Made by a program: the position numbers and the translations under genes. Below the pieces are notes generated by a model that worked only from the letters and a program-made list of their open reading frames with translations, made no database searches and had not been told where the DNA came from. Shown here one piece after another: positions 1 through 24,698 of a stretch of DNA of 64,000 nt; within the stretch, counting starts at the first letter, position 1, and each line of letters opens with the position of its first letter. The DNA comes from Priapulus caudatus (taxonomy: Eukaryota), in the NCBI RefSeq assembly GCF_000485595.1, contig NW_014577067.1:173563-237562 (forward strand). Reading direction: 5' to 3'.

Positions 1-340
1 ACGCACGCACGTATACGTGCACACACACGCACATGTGTATGTGCACACGCACGCACACACGCACGCATGCACGCATGTGTACGTGGACAGGCACTTGTAC
101 GTGTCACGTGCGCGCGCATGCACGTGTACGTGCACACGCCCGCACGTGTACGTGTACGTGCACACGAACGCAAGCACGCACGCACACACGCACGTATGCG
201 TGTACGTGCACACGCACACATGCACGCACGCACGCACGCCTGCACGTGTAAGTTCACACGCACGCACGCGCACACGCATGCACGCACGTGTACGTGCGCA
301 CGCACGCACGCAGCACGCACGACGACGACGTGCACGTGCC
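1..340. repeat. Degenerate (CA)/(CACG)/(CACGTG) simple repeat
   Basis: Continuous acgc/acac/acgt units; overlapping His/Thr/Arg-rich ORFs are by-products of the repeat. Confidence 0.9.
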
Positions 341-509
341 CTACATAAACAGCGCTTTCTATCAGAACATGTGGTCATTCATCTGTAAATGTCAAGCAGC
401 ACACTTCGCTTCTGCCAACCACAACACATAACAAATACACGTGACCTGATCTATGACGTCACGTGAAACATCGCTATAGTGATAGTGATAATCATAGTGA
501 TACAGTGAT

Positions 510-1679
510 AAGCCTTATCGCCAATCGGAACAGCAATGCGTCATGCCATGGGATAGGGGCATTACTAGCGCCGCCGCTGCCACGAGCAGTTAGCACTTAG
601 CAGCCGGCTGCACGCAATAGGCATCAGTATGCATGCGCGATACCTTTCGCATATATTTGGTAATTAATTAGACTAATCGTGCTTCAACAAACTGAAAATT
701 CACAGAGATTTATAGCTAAGACATGTGTTTATATTCATCTAGACTTCTACATGGTTCGCACAGTCCTTGAAAAGTCCTTGAATTTGAGGGGGGTCCTTGA
801 AAAGTACTTGAATTTAGTAAATGTTGATTTTGTGCTTGAAAAGTCCTTGAATTTCATGAAAATGTCCTTGAATTTCATGAAAAGTCCTTGAATTTCATGA
901 AAATGTCCTTGAATTTTTAGAAAGAATCCTTGCCTGTAAGTGTAATAAAAAGAAATTTTGTACCATCAATAATGTGCAAACCTTTAATGAGTTAAATGAG
1001 CTTAAAAAGCTATAGACACGATAGACAGTTAAATGATGATCACAAATTACAGTAAGTCAGTAAAATCAGTCAGTAAATCAAGATATGTTGTAGAAGTGAC
1101 AGTGTTTAGAAGGGTTTATTAATGTGATCCAGGTAAGTTTTAGAGGTCACAGTGATTAAGAATGGGGTTATTATTAAATTAATTCAGGTATGTTTTGTTC
1201 TGTGTATGAATTCCGATAAAATGTCCGATAAAATGTCCTCGAAGTTCCGATAAAATGTCCTTGAAAAGTCCTTGAATTTTTTTTCGGTCCTTCTGTATGA
1301 ACCATGTTCTAGAAATGTAACTCAACTCGTTCGCGGGATATGATAGTTAGTACCCTTTCTTATCGCCCATAGCCGTGCGTATAGCCGGCTGCACGCAATA
1401 GGCGCCTATATATTTGGTAATTAATTAGACTAATCGTGTTTCAACAAACTGAAAATTCACAGAGATTATAGCTGAGACATGTGTCTATATTCCTCTAGAT
1501 TTCTAGAAATGTAACTCAACTCGTTCGGGAGATATGATCAGATAGTTAGTACCCTTTCCTATCACCCATAGCTATGCGTATATTACCTATGAGCGCCGAT
1601 CGATGCCCCCTTTTCTATCACATCATGCTTTGCGGTGGTGCGCCATCTGGTGATATTTACCGATTAGCGATAAGGTCTA
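510..1679. mobile_element. Non-autonomous TIR element containing a ~200-bp internal tandem duplication and a nested MITE
   Basis: Left end agccttatcgccaatcgg (511) is the near reverse complement of right end ccgattagcgataaggtcta (1660-1679). Internal unit starting agccggctgcacgcaataggc occurs at ~602 and ~1383. Confidence 0.6.
750..1306. mobile_element. hAT-like MITE with 5-bp TSD (hAT5-type)
   Basis: Termini catggttcgcacag...ctgtatgaaccatg, many subterminal gtccttgaa repeats, TSD TTCTA (745-749 and 1307-1311). The empty site in the neighbouring duplicate (~1495-1510) has a single TTCTA. Confidence 0.85.
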
Positions 1680-2414
1680 TTAGCAATGCACAATCATGTG
1701 ACAATGTGTCATTATTTATGATTATGTGAAACGGACAGGCCAGCAACAGCCTGATGCCTGATGACGTTCTTCAAATTTATTTTAAGCTGTAGTACTGTTT
1801 TTTTCTACAACGATACCCATGCGCAGTTTTGCTTTAAAAAAAGTCTATGCTCTATCGCACGAGTAACAGTCACAGCATGTAATGTTTGCTTTCGTATCTT
1901 GTAAGTTCAAGTTGTAATGTATGTTATCAGTTAGGTCTTCTTGGTTCCCTCTCTTATTTTTACACAATCCTAATTTGGGACCCCAGCCCCATTTTTTCGC
2001 AAATGTGCTAAACTAAGGTTGGGTCCGTAATTTTTCATAAGGCATAAATTCTTCTGAATGTGCAGGCTGTACCTAATGAGTCTGTTTTGTAGACGCACAT
2101 CATTTAAAAGCTGGTTTACAACACTTCTACTTTTAGAGCACTCTGTTTAAATCGTAATTTATTTACAGATTACATTTCGATTAGCGTTAGTGTTACCAAA
2201 ACAATTAGTACTGCAAAATGTTTACCGTCAGCTAATGTCTGTGTGAAATGCATTGCTTCTCGTCATTATTCGACAAAATGCATACTGGAATCAGGAGAGC
2301 TACTCTAGTCATCACTAGCAGTTTATACTTGGGAAATATAGGTCCAGTGGATAGACAGATATAGAACTAGTACACAAAGTGATAAACACATTTACTGCCG
2401 TGTAACATATATAT

Positions 2415-3172
2415 CAGAAGTAGATAATAGGGAAGGAGTGTGACTTCAATAAACAAGGGAAATTCGTTATTTACTAGCCTTAGAATACCTACGATTTACT
2501 ACGCGTAACTCAACCAACTAGAGCTCAAATCGTACACAGTACATTCGCCTAGCATCGCGCAAAATCGTTTCCTCGTATACACCCGCAATCCGGAGATAGA
2601 CTAAAACGTACGACACGATTCTCCATTCTGTTGCCAGCAAATCGACTCCATAACCTGCCTAACTTGAAACAATAGGCAGCTACTAACGACTCTTGTGCAC
2701 TCTTGTGCCCTCGGCAATGCAGTGTGGCTCGCTGGGAGATTGGACATCGATGCAACACTCGGCGAGCTAATCTTTGACCTATTTACAGCTGGTATGCCCC
2801 CCACGCACGCACGCCCACCGCAATCAGCAGCAGCTCCAGCTCCAATCTCCCAGCGAGCCACACCGCATCGCCGAAGGTGCAAGAGTGCGCAAGAGTCGTT
2901 AGTAGCTGCCTATTGTTTCAAGTTAGGCGGGTCATGGAGTCGATTTGCTGCCAACAGAATGGAGAATCGTTTCGTACGTTTTAGTCTGTATCTCAGGATT
3001 GCGGGTGTATACGAGGAAACGATTTCGCACGATGCTAGGCGAATGTACTGTGTACAGTTTGAGCTCAAGTTGGTTGAGTTACGCGTAGTAAATCGTAGGT
3101 ATTCTAAGGCTAGTAAATGACGAATTTCCCATGTTTATTGAAGTCACACTCCTTCCCTATTATCTACTTCTG
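2415..3172. mobile_element. Foldback MITE with ~330-bp TIRs (CAG...CTG), flanked by ATATATAT
   Basis: 2415-~2745 is the reverse complement of ~2840-3172; a related copy lies at 19418-20026. Confidence 0.9.
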
Positions 3173-3823
3173 ATATATATGTATCATTGAAATTATATTT
3201 GATTTCTTTTGCAGTCAGCACTGTTCAATTTTGAAAGCTTACTAACTGTGCTTTTGTTGCTCATCTGTACATGCACCTACCTAAGGTCACTGACTCCAAG
3301 TCTCATTGACCGAAACAAAGAAGGGTAAGAACCTTACGATTTTTGTATAGTGACAAAACTAGAAACAAAAAAGCCCACATTACTATATTTTATATTCATA
3401 CCCTTTTTCCTGTCTAACTTTGGAGTCTATGTTTGGTAACCCATGACAAATAGCTAAAGTAAATAAAAGAGATTGGGTACACTAAATGTCAGTTTTGTGT
3501 AACTTGCAATTTTTGCAGCCCTAAACACATATAAATAATACTTCATGCAAAATGTATACATGTATTAAATAGTGAAGCATAATGCTAAAATTGAACAAAT
3601 ACTGTGTTTCAGGTTTCTTGGTGTTTTCTGGAAGTGCGCTCGAATAGGAGAAAGGAAGAGTCCCTACGTTGCATTCTGCTGCGTTTGCATGGCCGTTAGT
3701 ATTTTGTTCTGGCAGTAAAAATTGAACTGGTGCACTATCGCAGTTTCGTCGCAGAGAGAGACTGGCCAAGCAAGACTGAGATGTCTGGAAACTAGAGAGA
3801 CTGCCCAAGTCGACATTTCCAAG

Positions 3824-5188
3824 ATGGCTTTAGTGAGCGCGGGTGGGGTCTTGGCGTCCGCGTGGATTCCGTTTGCCGTGGTGCTTGTGCTGCTGCTGAT
3901 CTTCTCCTGTCTGTACGTGCGCTACTACCGCAGCAGCTACGACAGCGAGCTGAGCTCGACGCTGACGGCGATCCTCGGCCTGTTTGTCGCCCTGCTCACC
4001 GGCGCCCTCGTTCCCGTCGACGTCTTCCTCGTCTCGTACATGAAGGACGCCGACGGCGGCTTCAAGCCGTGGGCGGCCGACAACGGGACGCGCGCGGCGG
4101 TGCAGGACGGCGTGCTCTACACGTACTACGCGCTCTACCTGTGCATCGTCGCGCTCGCGTTCCTCCTCATGCCCCTCGTCTACTTCTACTACGAGGAGAA
4201 GGACGACGACGCGGAGACGCCGTGCCACGTGCGCCTCTGCGGCGCGTGCAAGTACGCGATCGCGTTCGTCATCGTCGCCGCCATACTGCTCGTCGTCGGC
4301 GTGTTCGTGCCGTGGCGGGCGCCGCCCGGCGACCGCGGCGCCACCGAGTGGCAGCGTCTCGAGCTGCTCTTCCACAACTTTGCGGCGACGCGCGGCGAGG
4401 ACGCGGCGGCGTTCGTCGTCGGCGCGCTCAGCCTCGTCGGCTTCGTGCTGATGCTCGTCTACACGGCGTACGGCCTCTCGGCGTGGCCCGTCGCGCTCGT
4501 CAAGGGCTCGCGGAGCGCGCGCGCCGAGCTGGCGGACGCCGTCGACGAGCGCGCACAGATGCAGGCCGAGGCCGCCGCGATACGCGAGAAGTACGCAGAC
4601 GGGCGCCGCATGACGTCGCGCGACCGCGACCGGCTGCACGAGCTCGAGGAGAGCGAACGTCTAACGCGGCGGCGTGTCGGCCGCCTCGCCGAAGCCGCGG
4701 CCGGCGGCTGCGCGAGCGGGTTTTCGGCGGTGCTGCGGCCGCTGCAGGTCGTCGCCGGCTTCCTGCTCATCATCTTCGCGTTCCTGATCGTCCTCGGCAT
4801 CGTGCTGACGAACGTCGACCGGCTGCTGCACTCGGAGGGCGCGAGCACGGGGTACGCGCTCGCGCGGCCGCGCATTCCCAACCCGCTCGACATCGTCTTC
4901 CTCTTCTGCCAGAAGGTGTTCCCGATCGACTACGTCGTCTTCGGCGTGCTCGTCATGTTCTTCCTGCTGGCGACGATGGAGGCGCTGCGTCAGATGGGCA
5001 TCTGGTTCCTCTGGCTGCGCCTGTACAAGATCCGGCCGCACAGGACGCCGCCGCAGGGCCTGCTGCTCACCTGCGTCATCCTCATGTTCGTCGTGCTGAC
5101 GCTCAATGTCGTCATCTACTCGATCGCGCCGCAGTACATGACGTTCGGCAACCAGCACTACGTCGACTACGGTCGCAACGCCACGACG

Positions 5189-5236
<48 letters not shown>

Positions 5237-5626
5237 GCAGCAACAACGTTTATGTCTAAGACGGCAACGGGCGAAGCGGGTGGAATGGACAGTAACAGTA
5301 GCGCACCCGATTGGTTTGCCATCGCACATCAGAACGCAGAGGACACCGTGGCTTCAACGCCATTGGTAATCAGAGAGCTTCGTTCGTGCAGCCTCGATGC
5401 TCCATCCGACGAGTGCGTAATGACGAGGATATCCGTGCTGTTGCTGCGCTTCTTCTATAAAGCTTGGTTCTTCGGCGCCTGTTACTTTTGGGGCAGTTGG
5501 GCCTTTGTCGCCATCTTCCTGATAGGTTTGGTCATCGCTGTCATCAAGCGACCGGAATCGGCGATCACCGGCGAAGTTGATGGCGACGATTTCGAAGAAA
5601 GCGATGAAGAACTTCTGTCACCGTGA
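3824..5626 (+). CDS. LMBRD1: LMBR1-domain protein 1 / lysosomal cobalamin transport escort protein LMBD1-like, 600 aa, single coding exon
   Basis: Multi-pass membrane ORF with recognisable LMBRD1 motifs (PVDVFLVSYMKD..G.FKPWA, YFYYEEKDDD, YTAYGLSAWP, FPIDY, LYKIRPHRTPPQGLL, APQYMTFGNQ, CSLDAPSDECVMTR, WFFGACYFWGSWAF). First ATG is at 3824 (aagATGg); the track start at 3722 is a TTG. Probable 5'UTR acceptor tgtgtttcag at 3612. Confidence 0.93.
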
Positions 5627-8600
5627 GCTGCTTAATTTTAACTACCGACATCGACAAAAAGCCCACGAGCATTTCTGTCAGATATTTGGGTTCTGCTTTC
5701 CCATTTAGCAGCTAGCTGTATGCGTTTGACTTGGATTTCGTTGAGTATATGTTACAGCACGGCCTCTGCCAAGCTGTTAAAGAGAAAAGGGAGTTTGCCC
5801 CATCAAATCCCATCGTAGGATTTCCCTTGCTATGGTTGCTTAAGGGCCCATTTGTTTGAAATGGATCGTTCGTCAGATTTGGATCATTTCTTACTGATCT
5901 GCCCAAAATTGTTACAAATGCACTTCCATGAGGTCATCTGTCATTGTGACCTATCACAGGATGGTTCATAAGTAGCAGTGATTTGCTGAGTCACATACTA
6001 CTATATATTGGATCTACCATGCATCCATCTTGCCAGCAGGATCAACAATTCGTGATCTGGATCAGTGATCTACGCAAACTTGCACTGGATCATTGGATTG
6101 GCTCAAACAACCGCATCCTATATAATGTTTACAACTACAATATTAACAGATCAAAATGAATTCGATTGCATATATCATAACTGCTAACTGTTTCACATGC
6201 ATGCTTTTTTAGCATGTAAACCTGAAGTTCAAATTGTTTTATAATTGCAATTCTGCTGAGCTCTTAGCACTATGTATTATTATCATAGAAAATATAGAAA
6301 TAGTTCGAATGACAGTTTTATATAATAACATATATATGGATCTGCAGTATGTTACAAGATGATTTTAGCTATATGAAAAGTATTACGATTATTGTGCATA
6401 TATTTTGGTGACTAGGGTTCTGTACCTGTGTTGTCATATTGTGTTACAAAATGATTAATTTGAAATATAAATTGATGAGTAAAAAATGAAGGACATTGAA
6501 ATATGTAAGGAAAATAAGAAACTGGTGATTTCACTTTTTAATATATTAATTTAATTATTAATGAAACGACACTGCTTATTATTGTGAAAAAATTTAAGTT
6601 GTTTTTTGTGGAATATATTGAGAGAGAAAAGAAATGATTCTGTGCAAACAATGTTTCATCATTCAGTCTTTGTTTACAATGTAGTACAAACTTCAAAACG
6701 TCGTGACCCAAACATACATTATGAATATAAATATTAAATTCATTATTGTTTCATATATCCACCCCTCCTACACATAATTTGTAAGGTATCAATTTCTGAT
6801 GTATGCAACTGCTGGAATTTTGGGACCAACAAGGTTTGGGTAATGCAATTAACATTTCATAAAAAATACAGAATTAAAATGACTTTCCAGAATGATTTAG
6901 CTTGAACATATTTCGTACATGTATGTAGACATGCAGACATAAATAAACTAAAAATGAAAGATGTCTCTATATACACTATACTTATCTATATCTAATATTC
7001 CATCTACAACCATGCACATCTAATTACACCTATGTATTATAGAATATTTATGGTGGATTAAGCCGATGCTTCTACATTGCAACCTAGCAATATTAAACTA
7101 TAATGTATCTGTATAATAAACCAAATATTTATCTTGAATCATATTAGGAACAGCCAATATCATAGATACAGAACAAAAACCTGGAACAATCAAGGGAAAA
7201 GGAACAGAAGACCTGTAGGCTGGACAAAAGTTGTGGAGGTGGAACTGAAGGAAACCATCCTGGAAAGAAATAAAGACAACAATGCAACGTTTTCTACATA
7301 GTCATGTTCCCTTAGGAGCAAAACGTACGTTAATGGGAACAAATGCTTTTGTTACGATTACCACGTGTATATATGAATACAAGTACAACAAAGAAAAGAC
7401 ATACTTTCTAGCGTCGTTGCAGCTATCATTTTATTTTTTAAACAGTAAATTCTACCTATATACATTGACTTGTCTAAGCAAAGCAACTACTACTAGTAAC
7501 GAGTAACAGTACACGGGCTGGCAAACCCATATCATGCCAGGACCAAAAAAATAGAAATAAAATCATTTAGATTGCATCACCAATAGAAATAATATACAGA
7601 TAGTTTATCTACATATTTCTTTAACAACACCGGTTTAAATATAAATTGTTACAGCAGTACATGCACAAGACATGCAATGGAGGGATTGAAATCATCAATA
7701 ATTGAAACAATCACACGTACGTTTATAACCAACCTGTTTCTCTTGAAGGCATAGCTCACCACCTTCTTTCACAAGACTTATCTATATGGATGAGTTGTGG
7801 ATGTATTATATCATGTTCATATAGAGTAAATATTAGACAAGTGATACTTCATAGAACTAATCTTGGAGGGATTATACATTCACTGGGCGGAGAAATAAAT
7901 TACGAATACAGTATATTAGTAAGATTAACCAACTAGCACTGACTGATATGACTTGGATACTTTAGATATCATTATAACAATAGAAATGTAGTATGCTATG
8001 ATATGTGGAGCAATGGGCAATAAGGGTATGAAATAACCCACCTTAATTGGTTCCAAGAAAACTGAGCAAGGTCAAGAAAGTGAAAAATAGACAGAAGCAG
8101 TATTGCTAGTAGCAGTCGACAGAATCAGCATTTTAACTAAAATGTGCTCCCTGCCTATGTGTTACATTAGACAGAAACTAATTGGACATATAGAATATAC
8201 TACATAGTTAATCTAGCGTATATTTAGCTAGGAAGGTACTGCATGTAGTTAACAACCATTTACGTGAACAGAAATAGTAAACAGCAAGTTCCAGTATGTA
8301 AAGTAAAATCCTAATGATTATATGTGGGGGATTTAATTAATTTTAATAAATATGCTTACAGCTTTATATATGCAGAAGTTTAATGAAAAAAAATTAAGTA
8401 AGGGGATTATTATTTAGATCTTTGCATTAAATTGCATTAAATTTCCTAAATTCTAGTTTCCCCTAAATAGTGAAAAAGCTTTACACCATGTCCTGCCGTA
8501 CAACATTTCTGACCCTGCATAAAGTCCCTTCTTAGTGCATCTCAATAACATATAGCAGAGATTTGTACTGTCTATCTATCTATATTCATATACATATATA

Positions 8601-9282
8601 TCACACAGAAATAGCTGAATATAATAACTGGAATATGTTGATCAGGTCTTGATACAACAATAGGTTATATAAAGCATATATAGTACTCTCCTGAATCGTT
8701 TTTTTTTATAAGAACAACCCTGTGCGAATTATACTACTGAATCTTTTTCATGGTTTTTCTGAATTAAATAATAAAATTTGAGCAGAGATAACACCAAGAA
8801 TAAAGCAATCATAGAAAAGCATCATCAGGACAATAACCTCCAAGCGGGAGAAGTAGGGTCAATGGTGCAGCTAGATTGTGGAGAAAAATAAAAGAACTAA
8901 AATAAATAACGAAGCAAAGATACTATGTCCGATCGATATCCCTATACAGCCTATAATTCTGTTCAACATGTGATACATTTCTTGAAACTTGAAATTTAGA
9001 CACGCCCCTGAAAAATATATTAACCTAATAAACCTACTTACCCCCTTATAAACCTAACCTATAACATAACCATTAATCCTACTCCTACTCCTAATGGAGT
9101 ATCACCCAGAATACGAGTCTAATCGCAAAGTACAATATAGTGCACTAAAAGGTAAAATTACGCTTTGATCAAAGTAAACTATTATATTTAAGTTATTCAA
9201 TTCATAAATTAAAAACCCTGTACTAGTATATCTAGTCATATGATGACTTATGCAGACATTGTTGAATTATATGTAATAATAT

Positions 9283-9347
9283 CAGGAGTCTATCAATAGA
9301 TAGACAATCTCAAGACATAGATAGACATATCAATATTGAGACTCCTG
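9283..9347. mobile_element. Minimal TIR hairpin/footprint (CAGGAGTC...GACTCCTG) with 7-bp direct repeat ATAATAT
   Basis: Flanks 9276-9282 and 9348-9354 are identical. Confidence 0.65.
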
Positions 9348-10220
9348 ATAATATCTATTAGTACATTTTTTTAGGCTGCCATACCACAATCTTACAGTAA
9401 TAAAATTTTATCGTCACATTATTCTCAAATTTTGTAAAAACAAATTAGATAATCATATTTTAAGTCCATGTCAATTTTTCAACGAGCATGAGCAAAACTG
9501 TGTGAAGAAAAAACATAGATTTTGTAATTAATTGATCATTACACATTGGAAAACCAAAAATATCGCATTCCAAATTCATCATCTCCCTTAATAATCCTAT
9601 TATAATAACGCAAGATACACTAGATTTACGACATCACATGATCACAAGAGTGATTTGTGCATAAAAATCACATATGTTTTTGCGAACGGTTTATATCTCT
9701 TTGAAACTATCTAAAATTTTATCTTTATTTATTTTTTTAGTTATTCTAGCATTCCAGGACACCAACATGTCCAACTATGATAATTTACCAAAGTGCATGC
9801 CAAACAATTAATCACAATTATTTTCTTGCTTGAAAACATTTTTAGATGGTTATGACAGATTCGGCAGTGAGTAACGGTTATTGAATCATCTTACTTGAGT
9901 GGATGTGCAGTTTTCTTGATATCACAAAATAATTGGGTCACCTTTAATTAAAGAATTAATATGTTAAAATGTTTTGTAAACTACAAAACTCAACATTATA
10001 GGATGCTGCTTTATATGATCCCATCAAGACAATGATACGAAATTTTTTAGGAAACTCATATTACAATTTGATACACTGAATAAATAGAACGGTAATAGGT
10101 TATCCTTGTACACTACAACTGGCACCAAGGTCACAACAAACCTTGTTTCCAACTTGTTCAACTTTCAACATTTTCAACTTGTTTACGTATTATTGCAATG
10201 CATGTATAGTGCATTACCTA

Positions 10221-21851
<11,631 letters not shown>

Positions 21852-22132
21852 GTTAAATGTAACTATAAACCCTGATTATATCATTGGTTGATATTTGACG
21901 TTATTCTTACAGAATGAACATAACTCAACGAGTGTTGAATGCAGTGACACAGACTGTACTCACATGAACGACTAACCTTTATTCCTTATTAAACATTATA
22001 ATTTATACAACTCGAAATCGCTAAGATGTTGACATTTACTCTAGCCCTATCATGTGGCGCCATCATGTGGCAATTCGCGCACATCTTCGACACGCACAAC
22101 TTTTTGTCTAATTAATTTTTTTATAAATTAGT

Positions 22133-23045
22133 TTGATAACGGGAATTAAGGTTGTAAAAAAGATTAACAATAGATTGAAATTTCTTTCCAGAAAAGCTAA
22201 GTATTTAAACACGGCATGTAAAAGATTACTAGTTTCTGCCCTAATTCAATGTCACTTCGACTATGCAAGCAGCATAATATTATGGTACAGCAGTCTCACA
22301 AAGCGCACAAGGGCTAAGCTGCAAGTGTGTCAAAATAAAGCTATTAGATGTGTTCTCAACCTAGGTTCTAGAGCACACATAGGTGCTAGAGAGTTCAAGG
22401 CTGTAAATTGGGTACCTGTAGAGTTTAGGGTAATGCAACTGAAGGTCAATAGGGTTTTTAAAATATTACATAATCTCGGCCCACAGTATATGACAGAAGG
22501 TTTCATGTTAACGTCAGAAGTCCATAGTTTCAATACAAGGGAAGGTGAGATGTCTATTTTTAAACCGAGGATGGGAAGCAGTGGGAAAAACTCTTTTACT
22601 TATACTGCAATTGACGCTTGGAACTCTCTACCACAGCAAGTTAGGACAAATTCTGTTTATTCTAGTTTTAAGTATAGTGTTAAGAAATGTCTGATGGAAA
22701 AGGTAGAATCATTAGAGGCAGAGGAGTATGTTTTTCATTAAAAGAATTCGGTTGAAATTAGGCATAAGAAAAGTTTGTATCGGCTTGTGAAAATGTACCA
22801 TTGTATGACCTACAAATCTGTATATTTCAATAGTTTGTTCTGATAGTAGTACAATTGTTAGATTCAATTAAGCCGGCATAGCAAAACAAGGACCACAATG
22901 TAAATAAGTGTGCTAGTCATGCTTTTTGTGTATATATCCTTGGTAATTATCCAATTTTATGAATTCAAATTTTTATTGTAAAAGTATGCAATGTATTGTA
23001 TATGATGGATAATTGTCTAAATAAATAAAATAAAAAATAAAAAAA
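22133..23045 (+). mobile_element. 5'-truncated non-LTR retrotransposon (L2/CR1-group-like ORF2 C-terminus, 3'UTR and A-rich tail)
   Basis: ORF 22133-22741 has post-RT motifs (KINNRLKFL, LVSALIQCHFDYA, KLQVCQNKAIR, HSFNTR, GKNSFTY..WNSLP); tail aaataaataaaataaaaaataaaaaaa at 23019-23045. Confidence 0.85.
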
Positions 23046-23278
23046 CGCGCTACCGATAGCGCGATAAATTCACTATTAGTATTAGGGCAATTTTATTCTA
23101 CAAAATGTAGTAAGCAGCCATCTTTTGCCCATCTCCCCCGCTGGCTTGAAACTCTATAGCTGCTAACTCCCATGAACCCTTTGCTAGATTTCATGAGATC
23201 TTTTGACACAAGGAACCGTGTGCATACTCATACCCCGTGTGTATACCCATGCAGTAAAGACACATAATCTTATCACAA

Positions 23279-23485
23279 GAAGAAAAAGAAAAAGAAGGAG
23301 AATGAGAAGAAAAAAGGAGGGGAGGAGGTTGGGAGCAGGAGGAGGAAAAGAGGAAGAGAATAAGAAGAAGAAGAAAAGAAGAGGAAAAAGAAAAGAAAGA
23401 AAGAGGGGGCATGAAAGCAAGAAGAGGAGGAAGAAGAGGACGAAAGAAGAAGAAGAAAAAGAAGAACAAGAACAAGAAGAAAGGT
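23279..23485. repeat. Purine-rich (GAA/GGA) low-complexity tract
   Basis: Direct reading. Confidence 0.85.
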
Positions 23486-24291
23486 AAGAAAAGATATTAG
23501 ATTAGCAATACATTTTATTTGAAAGGGGGCATTTAAATTTAAATAATTAATAATAATAATTTAATAAAAAGCGTGGCGCAAACGGAAAAGCTTGTACCGC
23601 GCATATATTTCGCCTCAATTGTTGGAATTGGAGTAAATAAATTTCTTGGCCCATATTTACATTTTCCAGTGCATATGCGATACTAGTACGTCATAGGGCG
23701 TCATAGGTGTGCTGACGGTGTTTCACTTGGGAGCTGGCATGCACCTTCTGCTGAAAATGCAAATTATGCATTTCAGTATAACATTGAGCTTCGTACGTTA
23801 CTGCCGCAGCGTTATTGGTGGAAGGCGCGACCATATAACGATGCAGCCGTAGTATGTTGCTAATTATGTGGCTAGACTTGCAACAACCACCTTGAGCAGT
23901 GTGCACGAGAAGATTGCACTCCGTAGTTGCGTTTGGAAGAGAAATGGTGAATCCGACACATATCATTAAGAGGTCGAGAGCGAAAGAGAGAGAGAGAGAG
24001 AGCGCGTGAGATATGGATGGGGAAGAAGTTAGAGAGCGGTGGAGGAAGGGGAAGAGGAGCACTAGCGAAGCGCATTAAAAGAGAAAAGTATAGACTCACA
24101 AGCGTTTAAGTGGTATTGATATAATACACGGACGCTGTAGATAGCGCCAGGTGCCTGACGAGGCAAGGGAGTAATCAATATCATAATTAATATCATATAA
24201 TATGCTTTCCTCTTGTTAATTGCGACTTGCTAGCTCAACCCTGTATAGTAGCCCTTCTTATATCTGTCGCGCTGACGGTTATATATATTCT

Positions 24292-24340
24292 CAGGAGTAA
24301 GATAATATAGGAAGATATCTCCTATATTATCTTACTCCTG
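24292..24340. mobile_element. 49-bp TIR hairpin/footprint
   Basis: caggagtaagataatatagga...tcctatattatcttactcctg; flanks ATATTCT/ATATTAT. Confidence 0.7.
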
Positions 24341-24399
24341 ATATTATGCATACGTGGATTGCACATCCGTCGTACAGCCGGCCACCCCTCTAGGTTTAC

Positions 24400-24698
24400 T
24401 TGATAATCGCTACGCCCGTAAAGCGTGACTACCATTGGCTTGCGTCTGCGACAGGTATTCATAGCTCCGCCTACTTGTTGCTCTCGCTGCTCCGCACGCG
24501 CACTACAACATGTTTAGCCAGCAGTAGCGGCGTCGGACGTACACGTTGTTGCAATGTGCACGCGTTTTCCGAGCAGATAGAACTATTAGAAGATACATTC
24601 GGATATAATTACAGTAGTGTGTTTGCATCGCGGATACGTGTTGCTACCAGGATTACGCCGTACGTGGTGCACGCGTGCTTCTTTTCGCGCGAGACTTG
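24400..24698 (+). other. Probable non-coding 5'UTR exon of the Fat gene (5' boundary uncertain)
   Basis: CpG-rich segment ending in a consensus donor TTG|gtaagt at 24699; next acceptor ttattcttttcag at 25233. Confidence 0.45.

Noticed and set aside
3830..5329. Long alternative-frame and antisense ORFs over LMBRD1 (up to 465 aa)
   Set aside because: Expected shadow of extreme GC3; Arg/Ala-rich with no recognisable domain.
23184..23487. Lys/Glu/Arg-rich ORF with a donor-like AAG|gtaaga at its end
   Set aside because: Purine low-complexity tract; no acceptor or homology.
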